From positions 14,942,001 to 15,006,000 of the forward strand of contig CM068756.1 of assembly GCA_035084275.1 (NCBI GenBank): 64,000 nucleotides of DNA. The letters run 5' to 3'. The position numbers and the translations under genes were made by a program. Positions 1 to 11,229 of the stretch are shown here, piece after piece; the first letter of the stretch is position 1, and each line of letters begins with the position of its first letter. The DNA is from Hydrolagus colliei (Eukaryota). The notes under the pieces are model-generated. The model worked only from the letters and a program-made list of their open reading frames with translations. It had not been told where the DNA came from and did not search any database.

Positions 1-86
1 AGATTACAGTGGATTTTTTGTTAACTGTGCTTCAATTTCAACATAAAGACTTAAATAATTAATTTCCAATTCCCTGGCTTTTATAG

Positions 87-203
87 ATCTGGAACAAAAC
101 AGAAAATAATAATCAGGTATATGCCAGTTTGGAGTTTTCTGGCCTGGAGAAAGTAGGAAAACCTAAAAGAAGTGAACCGAATACAATGTATGCTACAGTG
201 CAG
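87..203 (+). CDS. Gene I0 cytoplasmic Tyr-motif exon a (IWNKTENNNQVYASLEFSGLEKVGKPKRSEPNTMYATVQ); 5' part of the gene lies upstream of the window
   Basis: ttttatag acceptor, CAG|gtgag donor, 117 nt, phase 0-0. Carries YASL and the ITSM-type TMYATV. Paralogous to 18063-18179 and 42305-42421. Confidence 0.85.
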
Positions 204-589
204 GTGAGAAAGTGGAAAGGATATTGTAGACCATTTAAAGGAAACATTGATTCTCATTTAGTTCTCACAATCTCATTCACTTGTTACCTGTGAGATGATT
301 ATCAGCACAAAATAATTGGAGGTTCCCTACAATGTAAAGCAATATGTAAAGTAGTCCCATGGACGATATCCAACCATCTAACCCCCGCACACAAACATAT
401 TAATGGATGTTGAGTTCAATAACAAGTGTCTCCATATCAATCATGCATTGAACCAGGTACATTTATAATGCTTATGGTACTAATGAATTGAGATATGGGA
501 AAAACCAAGGTGGAAATTCATATCGGTATTTTCTATGGTGTTTCTGGGTTTTTTACATTGAGCGTGAACTGACTAAATTACCAATACTT

Positions 590-965
590 GTCTTCATTCA
601 ATTCAAGATTCTGGTCCTCACCATTTTAGCTGTCGATGGGCTTGCAACACCCTATATCTGTGACCTCCTCTCTCCCTACCAACCTATCCGCTTCTTCTGC
701 TCAGTGGGCTCCAGCCTGCTCCATGTCCCATAATACCTCCGCCCCACCATCAGTGGCTGAGCCTAATGCCACTATATCTTGCCTGCTTCCTAGTCTGCTT
801 CAATTCCTGCCTGAAAACCTTCCTCATTGATGGTGCCAATAGTCAGTGCTCCCACTCCCCTCCACCCTCCCCAATCCTGACCCCATCTTGCGTCTGATAC
901 GCTGAATGTCCAGCACCTTGGGATGTCCTCCCAACATGAATGGTGCTATCCAAATGTAATTTTAT
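590..965 (+). mobile_element. Old L2 3' fragment (paralog about 18580-18980)
   Basis: FKILVLT...LSPYQP remnant and an L2-type tail ending directly at the exon b acceptor. Confidence 0.7.
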
Positions 966-981
966 TGTTATTGTTTTACAG

Positions 982-1119
982 ACCAAGCAAGGGGCACATG
1001 GTAATAACCTAACATATGCTGCTCTTGATTTTTCTGAGTCCAAGACAACACAAAAACATAACCGCAGTGACACAAATGTAGTGTATGCCGAGATACAGAT
1101 GAGAAAGAACAGCCGATGA
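982..1119 (+). CDS. Gene I0 ITIM exon b (TKQGAHGNNLTYAALDFSESKTTQKHNRSDTNVVYAEIQMRKNSR*), terminal by read-through
   Basis: ttttacag acceptor; canonical ITIMs LTYAAL and VVYAEI. The donor GT of the paralog (19109) is AT here (1099-1100), so the frame runs to TGA at 1117-1119. Confidence 0.85.
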   Translation, partial: TKQGAHGNNLTYAALDFSESKTTQKHNRSDTNVVYAEIQMRKNSR

Positions 1120-1952
1120 CTCTCCGTCATAGCAAACTGTGCTTATTAACACCAATGCTGCGCTGTGTTGCTAGTGTATCACCATTATTCCCAGATGAAA
1201 CTGAAGATCAAGAATTAAAGAATCATGCCAGAGGGAAACACACCATTCTTCCCAATGCAAGAACATTAGATTAAGGAGAAGGAGTTATTAAATTTAATAA
1301 GCCATTTAATAAGATCATGGCTGATCTTCTAATCTAACTCCACCAGCCCATTTTATCCCCATATCCCCATATCCTTCAATCCCTTTATCCAAAGAAATCC
1401 ATCAATTTAATTCTTCAATATGTTCAAGGACTGAGTATCTACTGCCTTTTAGAGTAAACAATTCCACAAATTAACTACCCTCTAAGTAAAGATGTTTTTC
1501 CTCAACATTGTGCAAACAGGCTAACCCTAATCTAAGACTGTGACCCCCTAGTTATAGTTTCTCCAACCAAGGGAAATAGTCTCCCACTGTCTACTCTACA
1601 AGCTGCACTAATTTTTTTCCACAACTATTATCCCAATCTAAAATTTCCATTGGCTCTTCAATCCATTCAATTTTTCCCACTTTAAGTATGTGTCCTTTTC
1701 TTTGTTTACAGAGAATTCAACCTTATTGCCCATCCTTTACGTATAGAATTTGTGATGATCTTAAATATGTGCCCTCCAATAACTGGCAAGCTGTGTTTTG
1801 CTACAAACATCCAAGCAAATCTAGTTCTCCTGCTTGCTTCCCAACTACATGCCTTGACCTTTACTGCGAACTATATCTAGAAAAATATCAGAAGTTTATC
1901 AAAGTTGGACAAAAGGATAAGCTAACAATGTTTCCAAACATTGACTTTACAG

Positions 1953-2093
1953 GCCAAGCAAGAGGCAGCCGCTAACAAGCTGACATACGCTGCCTTCCAA
2001 TTTTCGGCTTCCAAGAAATCAGGAAAACCTACAGACAGTGACAAGAATACAGAGTACGCGAAAGTACAGGTGAACACCAGAAAGGAGCAATAG
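1953..2093 (+). CDS. Gene I0 terminal Tyr-motif exon c (AKQEAAANKLTYAAFQFSASKKSGKPTDSDKNTEYAKVQVNTRKEQ*), probably orphaned
   Basis: tttacag acceptor; LTYAAF and ITSM TEYAKV; TAG at 2091-2093. Paralog of 20000-20140. Confidence 0.75.
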   Translation, partial: AKQEAAANKLTYAAFQFSASKKSGKPTDSDKNTEYAKVQVNTRKEQ

Positions 2094-2169
2094 AATCTAT
2101 CACAACTGAACACACAATGTTATGATAATAGATGCAGATGCTCATTAGAGTGCAGTAAACCCATAATAA

Positions 2170-2486
2170 TAAAACTAATCATGATAACTCTTGCATTTGA
2201 TATAGCGCTGTACATGTCTTCTAGATACCTCAAAGTGCCTCACATAAAATAATGTAAAGTAAATTGACTATCTATTTGTTGGCAAAACACAGCACCCAAT
2301 TGCACACTGCAGTGTGCCACAAACAGCCGTGGATTAAAGTGACCAAATTATTATTGGATTTTTTGGGTGGCATTATTATTAGGTGTGTGGATAAAGGAAA
2401 TTTACACCAGGTTTCACCCTGCCTGGAATCGAACTGAGGTCTCTCGCTTGTAAGGTGAGCGCTCCAACCACTCTAGACAAGACTCC
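2170..2486 (-). mobile_element. tRNA-derived SINE (dominant family of this window; paralog about 20240-20540)
   Basis: A/B-box head, conserved body GTGGGACACTGCTGTGTGCAATTGGCTGCC, AAAGCGCTATATCAAATGCAAGGA(TTA)n tail. Confidence 0.8.
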
Positions 2487-3989
2487 AATCTATCTCTCTT
2501 TCTCTCCGTCACTCTCTCTATCTGTCTCTTGATTTCTCTCAGTCTTTCTCTCTTTCTCCCTCAGATTCTCCCTCAGTCTCTCACTCCCTCTTCTGTGAAG
2601 CGCTTTGAGACATCTAGAAAACATGAAAAAGACTATATCAAATGCAAGGATTATTAGCAGTACAAGTAGTAGTAGAACAATGTTAATCATTCCATTCAAT
2701 GTGGAGTAATGCCCAAGTTGTAAATTGACTCCATATGTTAAACCCACTATAGTTATTTGTGATCTTTAAATATTTTATGTGGTTCCTTTGAGAAAAGTTG
2801 TCCGGGTTACATTTATTTCCAGTTTAAAGTGCTGATCAGTGATAACTTATATTTATCTGATAATATCTTTGGACCCAACTCATGAATTCTTTAATAAAGA
2901 AATAATTATGTATACCACAAGCCTCACAAACATAAACTGTGTCAATTTAAATGGTTTTGGCGTCATACCGTATTGTGTATAATCAGCTTTTTCAAAGTCA
3001 TACCATATCATGTTTTAAGAAATTTTCCAATAAAGATCAATTCTGAAGCATAACTTGTGTGTTGTCTCATTTCATCACGTTGTTTGTTTTCAATATTCAC
3101 CAAATGTGATATGGTTTCTCTTGAAATCTGCTTAATAAAATATTTAATTAGTTAAAAACAGCTCAATTCATACTCCAGTGGTGAAAAGGTTGAGGTGTCG
3201 GTGTTCTTCTCGTGAATTATCTGCGAAAATTGCCTAACAGGAAGTAATTGGGTTTTCTTACCAGTTGTTTTTTGTGGTTGATGATACTGACACTAAATGA
3301 TTCCTGTTTAAGTCTCACACTCACTCTCTGCTGAATACAGAGCGTGGTTTTATGAACTTTTATCCACCATAGGCAGTTTTGCAATATACTGTAGGAGCTA
3401 GGCATCTGTAACTAACAGTTCTGAATTCTACCCATTGGCAGTCTTTAAAACCTAGCTTTTTTTACAATGTAAGATTACTATCAATTAAAATGTGTAGACA
3501 TTAAAATATGTAGACACAACCAGTTTTAATTTTACAGGTGTTACTGGAAACTGGCTTGCAAGACTGTGTTGAAGAATAATGAATGCTAAAACCAATCTAA
3601 CTCGAATTTCAAGCCTGACATTTCCGAATCAATGCAATAAGAGATGGGGACTGACAGTTGAAGAATGAACTAATCGTGCACATCTTCTTGTTCTCTTTTG
3701 TTTGCTGTGTGTGCACTCTACTCAACTCTACATTAGATTGATTTTGAACTAAATTCATTTCTGTTAAGTTCTCTAACACCATTCTTTAACATATAGATTC
3801 TGCAGGACAAGTTTTCTATCACAGTAACTGTGGCATGCAAGATACAAATATTCCTTCTTGTAATACTTCCTGCGTTAGGGACACATTTAGGACACCATGT
3901 TCCTGGCTGACATTCTGGTATGTTGCTGTACTTTCAAAGGTATCGTCATTTGCATGAGAATCTAGGAAGTCTCCCTAAACATCTCCCTA

Positions 3990-4625
3990 AACTTCTCACT
4001 CCTCACAGCTGTACCCCCATCCCCACCCACTGCCCCCCACCCATCTCTGCCCCCTTAGCTCCAGCTTCCTTGTTCCCCCAAGTCCTCCACTGAGTCTGAC
4101 CTCCTCCATGTCCCCGAATCCTCTGCTCCACACTGGCGGCCATGCCTTCAGCCACTATTGCCCCGAGGCTCTGGAATTCCCTTCCTCACTACCTTCGCCT
4201 CGTACCCTTTTCTCAGCTTCAGGTCCCAGCTGAAGACTTTTCTCTTTGACCGCGCCTTTGGTCACCCCTTTGGTCACCTTCCTACCCCTGCATCTGGCTC
4301 GGTCCCGGGATCCGCTATTGTGAAGCGCTCTGAGACACCGGCCGGCGTGGAGGGCACTATATAAATTAAAGTTGTTGTTGTTATTGTTGTTGACCTCCGC
4401 TCCACCATCAGCGGCCATGCTTTCAGGCACTACACCCTGAAAATCTAGAACTCCCACCCTCAACCCCTTTGTCTCAACTCCTCCTTTCCCATCTTCAGGT
4501 TGTACCTGAAAACCATTCTCTTTGACCGTGCTAATGTTCCCCTTCTCTTCTCCCTCACACAGCTTCAGGCTCCGCCACTTCTAAGAGCTCTGAGAAGCCG
4601 CCCTGTTTCATAAATGCAAGTTGCG
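3990..4625 (+). mobile_element. Cluster of old L2 3' fragments, missing from the second duplicate copy
   Basis: LKTFLFDRAF remnant and (GTT)n tails; the paralogous site near 22530 lacks this block. Confidence 0.65.
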
Positions 4626-5888
4626 GTTTTTGTTGACGTGTTCTAACCCAAAGATCCTAATTGGACTGGGAAAAAAAATAGCAAAGGAATGGTGTGTGAC
4701 TCTAACACACACCAGGAACAGAAAAGGGTAAGGTAACACAAGGGAGGATGTTGAAAGTTGAAGGATATTGGTGTGGTTTGAAGTTGTTAAAGTAGATATA
4801 ATTTTGTGCTAAAAATTGAAGGACCAACATTAAAAAAGTGATTACTTCTAGGCAGAGGTATATGCTACGTGTGCAAATGTACATCCGCCCCTGTGTGATA
4901 TTGCATCTTAAATAATCTGTTGTGGGTGCTGCACAGCTTCTAACCAGATATTCAGCATTCAGGGTTTCTTCTAAACATACAAAACCACTTGATCAATCTT
5001 ACTTTTTCACATCTCATACCCTTCTGCTCACACAGCTTTCATTGAACACAATGAACCAATCATATAACACGCTACTTTTACAGACCATGTAAGGAACTTT
5101 TGAAGATTTATTGACATGCCCTGACACAGAGAGAGCAAGTTTGTAAGATAGATGAAAAGCTAAACAGAAACAGAATTATTCCAAGCATCAAGAGGCAGCA
5201 GAATTAGCATAACAGATAGAAACGCTTTTCTGCACACAAAAGTCAAACTGAAATAATCATATGATAGTAACGTGTACCAAATAAATATTCTGAAACATTT
5301 TCTTGCAATATCCTTCATTTCATCACCTATTTATTCACACACTATATTGAACACACTACCCTGTGTTGGTTCACAGCTCTTTAGGGTCAATTGCCCATAC
5401 GTTTCATGGGTTAGCCCAACAATAACAACAACAACAACATTACATTTATAGAGCACCTTTCACAGGCTAAAAATATGCTATTTTCCACAGATCAAACCAT
5501 TTAATTATTATCGGCTAAGTGTTCATCAGGAAATCTTCCGCACACGGATTGGCACAGAACCCAATTCTTTCTCTTGCAAACATCATCACACAAACATTTT
5601 CCATCATTAACTATGGGTTGGGTCACTGCCAAGAAAACCCTTGGGTCCTGATGTCAAATGCAGCGCCCCCCAGTGTCACCTCAACTAGTACCAGGCAGAT
5701 GAGCACAAGCGTTGGCTGGTATTGAGGATGGAAACTTCTCCTGTGTTATATATTTCCGACTGTAAATTCACCACCTGAGGAGACATTGCAATATGTTTTT
5801 CATTTTTTAAAAAGGTTTTACAATGAATATTGTTTTATAGAAGCCTTTACTTGAGGAGTGATTCTATAAGTAAAACATATTACTGGCT

Positions 5889-6477
5889 ATAATAACAACT
5901 TTTCATGTCTTCTAAACGTCTCAAAGCACTTCACAGAATATACTGTGAAGTGAATAGACTGTATACACATGGGCAATATACGGTAGTCAATTGTGCAGTG
6001 TCCCACAAATAGTTGTGGAATTAAATGACCAATTTCTTCTTTTTGAGGGATTATTCTTCGGAATGGGTTTTTAATGAAACTTGTCCAAGGTTTCGCCCTG
6101 CTTGGAATTGAACCCAGGTCTCTCACTTGTAAGGCGAGTGCTGTAACCACTGAGCTACAGGACACTACAATTTTGAAGAGTCCTGTGCCTCAGTGGTTAG
6201 AGAACTCATCCTACAAGCAAGCGACCTGGATTTGTTCCAGGCAGGGTGAATCCTTGAGCTAGTCTCCTTTTTGCACAGGCCTGATAATAATCCCTCGAGA
6301 AAAAACAATAATAATTTGGTCATTTCAATCGACTGTTTGTGGGACACTACTGTGTGCAACAATCGCGGTTCACACATGTATACACAGTCAATTCACTTTA
6401 CAGTACATTCTGTGTAGCACTTTAAGACGTCTAGAATATGTGAAAATTGTTATATCAAATGCAAGGATTATTATTAG
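5889..6477. mobile_element. Head-to-head pair of SINEs (minus 5889-6165, plus 6177-6477); paralog about 23741-24329
   Basis: Two near full-length copies in divergent orientation about 12 bp apart. Confidence 0.85.
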
Positions 6478-7859
6478 ATGCAGCACTGTCAATTTATTTT
6501 AATGTTGACAAATGCAGTCATACTTAATTCTCAACCAAATGATAAAGCTCTTAGACATACAGCAGGAACTTAAAACTGAACCATAATGCCTAACACTTAT
6601 CTTACAACCACATAAACTATTCTCATCATTGGCTTAAAGTTTAGTTCACGGAAACTCATTTTCTCTCAAGCACAGTACATTTGTGATCACTTCAAGTCTT
6701 TTATCTCATATGTTGTGTTCACATTGTCTACGAGGTTGGCTGAAATACGTGTTTGGAAACCACAATATGTTGCAGCAGAGACAAGTGTGCTGCTAACTGA
6801 GCTGAGTTTCCACTAAAGCCACAATGTAATTATTCATTTATCACAATGTGATCACAATGATCTCCCCCTCTATTTATTTCCACCCTGCCCTGAACTCTTC
6901 ACCAAACAGTGGTCACAGTAGTCTCAGCGTTTTGGGACATTCTCCCAACTTGAAAGGCTCTCTATCAATGTAATTTTTTTGTTGTTGTTATTGTCACAAT
7001 ATCTTACGTGCCCACCATCACAGATTTATTGATTATGATTATTCTGTGTGTGCTTCTCTCATCAAAACAATTTTGACCTCACATCTAGGTATTTCTATGA
7101 GTGAACCACATGGATTTTTGTTTATTTCACTTCATTAAAGGAACTACAGAGGATGGCAATAATATACATGATAAAAAATAAATGATCGTATTTATCTGGG
7201 AATGTTTAGCCTTTATTTTCTCCAGCAGCAACGTAAGATACTTAACGCTCAGCTGGACAGGCAACAGAACATTGGGTACAACTTTCACTAGAAGGATAGC
7301 ACTCCCATTACAGGATGTTCTAAAATAAAATTGGTCAATTCAATCCAAGACAGTTTGTGAGATACTGCGGTGTGCAATTGGCTGCCATTTCACCCACAAA
7401 TATACAGTCAATTCACTTTACAGTTTATTCTGTGAAGTGATTTGAGACATCTAGAAGACATGAACAGTGCTACTTCAAATGCTAGGACTATTATGATTAT
7501 TATTATTAAAAGTGGCCATGTTAAGATTGAATCCCCAATGTTCTGTGCTCATAGCGTTATGGAATTAAACAACAATAATTGCTAAAGCTTGACATCTGTA
7601 TCGGTCTTGAATGGTAATTATATGTTCTACACTATCCTATGTTGCTGTGATTCACTCCATGGAAGCAGACTGGCATAACTCCTGATCATGATCCCAAGAG
7701 ACAAGAGTTTAATTGCTGAGGGTATCAAGATAATGGAGAGGAATTTTTGTACTAAATACGATGGAAGTAGAAACGGGAGAACCAGAAGGAAGCAGCTAGG
7801 GTTTGAATGTTTAACATTGATTATTGAGTCACCAAAGATGGAGTGTTCATAACCAAAAG

Positions 7860-8400
7860 AGAGCAAGAAACTTCCCTGTATCCAAGCCATGATCCTCTCT
7901 ACCATCCCTCACCTCCGCAACATTGCCGGACTCTGCCACTAACTCACCTCTCAGTTCGCTGAAACTCTGATTCATCCCTTCATCACATCCAGGCTTGACT
8001 ATGCCAATGCTCTCCTCGTCGACCTTTCCAACTCCACCCTCTGTAGATTCCAGGTCATCCAGAACTCTGCGGACCATGTCCTTTACCACTCCAAATTCCA
8101 TGATGCCATCTTTCCCATCCTCACCCAACTCTATTGTTTCCCTATCACCCAGAGGATTCAAATCAAGATCCTGGTCCTCATTTTCAAAGCCCTCCATGGC
8201 CTAGCACTGCCCTAACTCTGGGACACCCAACCCACTACCAACCTGACTACTCCCTCTGCTTAGGAGTGCCAGCCTGCTCTATGTCCACCGACCCACCTGC
8301 CCCACCATCAGTGAGTGAGCCTTTTACATCTGGAATTCCATCCCGCAGTCCCGTTGGAGTCCATTCTCCCGAGGTGAAAGACACAATATAAATATAATCT
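7860..8400 (+). mobile_element. Old L2 RT C-terminal fragment
   Basis: [10 protein letters not shown]-like and IKILVLIFKALHGL remnants. Confidence 0.7.
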
Positions 8401-8424
8401 TGTTATTGTTGATTTTATAAATTT

Positions 8425-8615
8425 CAGGCAGCATCTATGGAGAAAGCAAGTGAGACAATGATTTAGGTTCACGACCATTCGTCAGATGGACGAAGGGTCA
8501 TTCACCCAAAGCGTTGCCTCACTATCCTTACTCCAGAGATGCTACCTGACCTGCTGAGGGCTCCCAGCGATTTCTGTTTTTGATTCAGATTTCCAGCATC
8601 TGTAGTATTTTGCAT
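8425..8615. mobile_element. Penelope-like inverted terminal repeat remnant (paralog 27362-27550; single arm 50410-50540)
   Basis: Palindrome CAGGCAGCATCTATGGAG...GACC(A/C)TTCGTC / GACGAAGGGTC...CTCCAGAGATGCT(A/G)CCTG. The family assignment is from recalled chondrichthyan repeats. Confidence 0.55.
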
Positions 8616-8619
8616 TTTT

Positions 8620-9375
8620 GATCTAGTTTTCATGTTCGGTTCTGAAGCCAAGGAGGGCACGGGGGATGGGGCAGTGGATTGTCTCCTTAATGGATTTCCA
8701 AACAGGTGGAACGATTGGCTGAAAGCTCTATCAGCTCCCGGGATGGGGCAGATCGATTATTGGGACATGGGATACTTGTATAGTTGTAGAGTGGATGGAG
8801 TAGAAGGACAGTGAGGCCATTTGATCGTGAGGTTAAACATCTCCAGTTGGATTTGCTGGTCCAGGAGAAGGGCTGCACAGAACAGTGGGGTCTCCAGCTT
8901 GTGTATGGAGACGCTGGGAGTCCCCATGAGTTGGGAAGTTGATCGATCAAACCTATATGGAATGACCCCATCAGGGTCCTCGCAGCCCTAGTGAGCTGTA
9001 GGTATTGATTGAGGTGATGTTGGGAAGGTGCCGGAAAGCTAAGGGATTGACAGCCAAGAAGGACATTTGATTTTTGGGTGCCAGTCGTTGTCTGACATAT
9101 GCAGGAACCGATCTCCATGCTCAAACCTATCACACCCGTCCTCACTCGAATTCGTTGGCTTCCCATCACAGAGAGGAACCTGGTTCTCACCTTCCACTTC
9201 AAATGTAATGATTATTTTATTTCATGCTGGACTACAATGCTGGGGTAGTCCAGGAGTTTAATTGAAGTGGGAGCGATGTAAACCGCAATCTTTGCTTCAG
9301 AGATCAGTGTGATATCAAGCCAGCTGAACTTACATTGAAACCACAAAGCCTGTGTATATTTATTACACTATTATT
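8620..9375 (-). mobile_element. Degenerate LINE (L2/CR1) RT fragment; copies near 27570-28320 and 37480-38290
   Basis: ALLLD(LS)-type RT motif remnant; three colinear copies. Confidence 0.55.
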
Positions 9376-11111
9376 ACAAGGCTCTCCCTCTCCCCATCTA
9401 TTTGCTAATGTTCTGTTTTGCTCTGACCATTCCACCTTGCAGTGGGCACTTTGTCTGAGGTGTGGAGCATCACAGAATTATTCATTATAATTATTCTATG
9501 TGGGTTCCTCTCATCGAAAGTGTATGGACGTCACATTGAGATATTGTGTGAGTGAACCACGTGGAGATACCTTTCTTTCACTTCAATAATGAAACTGCAG
9601 AGGGAGGCAACACTACAGAATAGTTTCAGCTGCAAATACATTTCAGTGCGGCATTCATTCTTTCTCTCATCAGTAGGTCAATAGCGATAACAATAATAAT
9701 ACTTCTCGGAGTTGATCACTGGTTTACCAATCTTTGAAACCTGGTGAAAGCGTTTGTCGGGGTTTTATGTACTGTCACTTTACAGTTGGCGAAAACAGAA
9801 GCCAATTTAACGCAGCAATGTACCCACAAACAGACACCAAATACATCACCATTTCTACCAAGAGACTTTCGGCCAAGACACCGGGAGAAAATCACTTCTA
9901 TTTTCCAGCAGCGACGGAGGATATTTTATACCCAGCTGAACTGGCAAACGGGAACCCGGGTAAACATTTCACTCGAAGCAATGCTCCCCCATTAGAGAAT
10001 ATTCCTAAAGTTCTCTTGTCAACGTTTAGCACATAACACTCTGACTGAGCGTCCAGAGGCTGATACAAGCTGCAGGTTAATGCCCATCCTCGCACTTGAC
10101 CTGGTGCCTACAGGAAATGGAAATGTGTTCAAGCGCATTGCTGTTTAGTTAATGACTGTGTCTGTAACAGAGATCAGCAGAGAGAATACACAGTCGATTG
10201 AATAATATCATTCAAAATAATATCTATTACACGGACGTTTAGAATAATTGGCATTGCTCCAAAATCCATAGATTAAAAGTGACGGTTTGTTCTGGCATCA
10301 GCTGAATATAGTGGACTCCGGCACATGTTACATTACAGCTCCTTCAGTCCAGGGCACAGGAGCTGGGATCTCTAACAACAAATTGACACTATGACAATGT
10401 CAGCATCACTTTCTTTACAAATATTTAACGGCGTCACTTCTGGCGGAAATGTGATTGATATTTATCTGTCTGAGAGTCGCACTTTACAATTCATTAGTAT
10501 AATAAAATGAATACAATGCTCATACGGTTAAGCAATGAAATAATATTAATGTGCCTTTAGACAGCGTCCCTCACACGGAGTAGAGGAAATCTCTGCCGCC
10601 CATTTTGGAAAGGAGGGGACGAGAAACAAGCAGGAGGCCAGAGTCAGGCGAGCGGTGGCTGTGGGTGGGGCAGCAGGTCTGGGAGGTGGGGAGGGACGGT
10701 CAGGTCATGCGGGGCTTGTAAACCAGCTTGAGGATCTTGAACACGATCAGTTCTGTGACATGGAGCCAGTGGAGCCTGGCGAGGATTGGTGGGATGGCAA
10801 TACAGAGTTTAAACCTCTCCATTAAACATTGGTTTCAATGATACTATTGAGTTATCCGAACCTGATAAGTCACTGGGTACAGTGTTGGTCACCGCTACAT
10901 GGAGGTTGCTCTAGAGTCAGTCCTGGAGAGAAAAGCAAGGAGAATTATCCAGAGAAGTGTTTGAAGAACAAGCAATCAACAAGGAATTGGTCATCTGGGC
11001 TCCATAGTCTTGAAAATACGACTCATTCGTGTCTCCTAGTGTCTCACTAATATAATAACTTGAATGTACGCCGAAAGTCTGGAAACATGTTATCAAATCA
11101 GAGGGGGAGCC

Positions 11112-11137
11112 CAGCTGCGCCCACAGGGTCAGGAAGT
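11112..11137 (+). promoter_or_regulatory. Candidate leukocyte-type proximal promoter of I1 (E-box CAGCTG, ETS CAGGAAGT); also present upstream of A2
   Basis: Motifs about 90-120 nt upstream of the leader ATG. They are short, so support is weak. Confidence 0.3.
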
Positions 11138-11229
11138 CAAACATCACCCTCACATCTCATCTCAATCAACTCCAACCCCTGGTCACAGACCAGCCACAGC
11201 TTTAGGGTTAGTCTCAGTCACAGATCAGG

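Noticed and set aside
9734-10036. 100-aa plus-strand ORF preserved in both duplicate copies (also 28677-28979)
   Set aside because: TTG start, no recognisable motif or splice context; preservation is expected from the high identity of the duplication.
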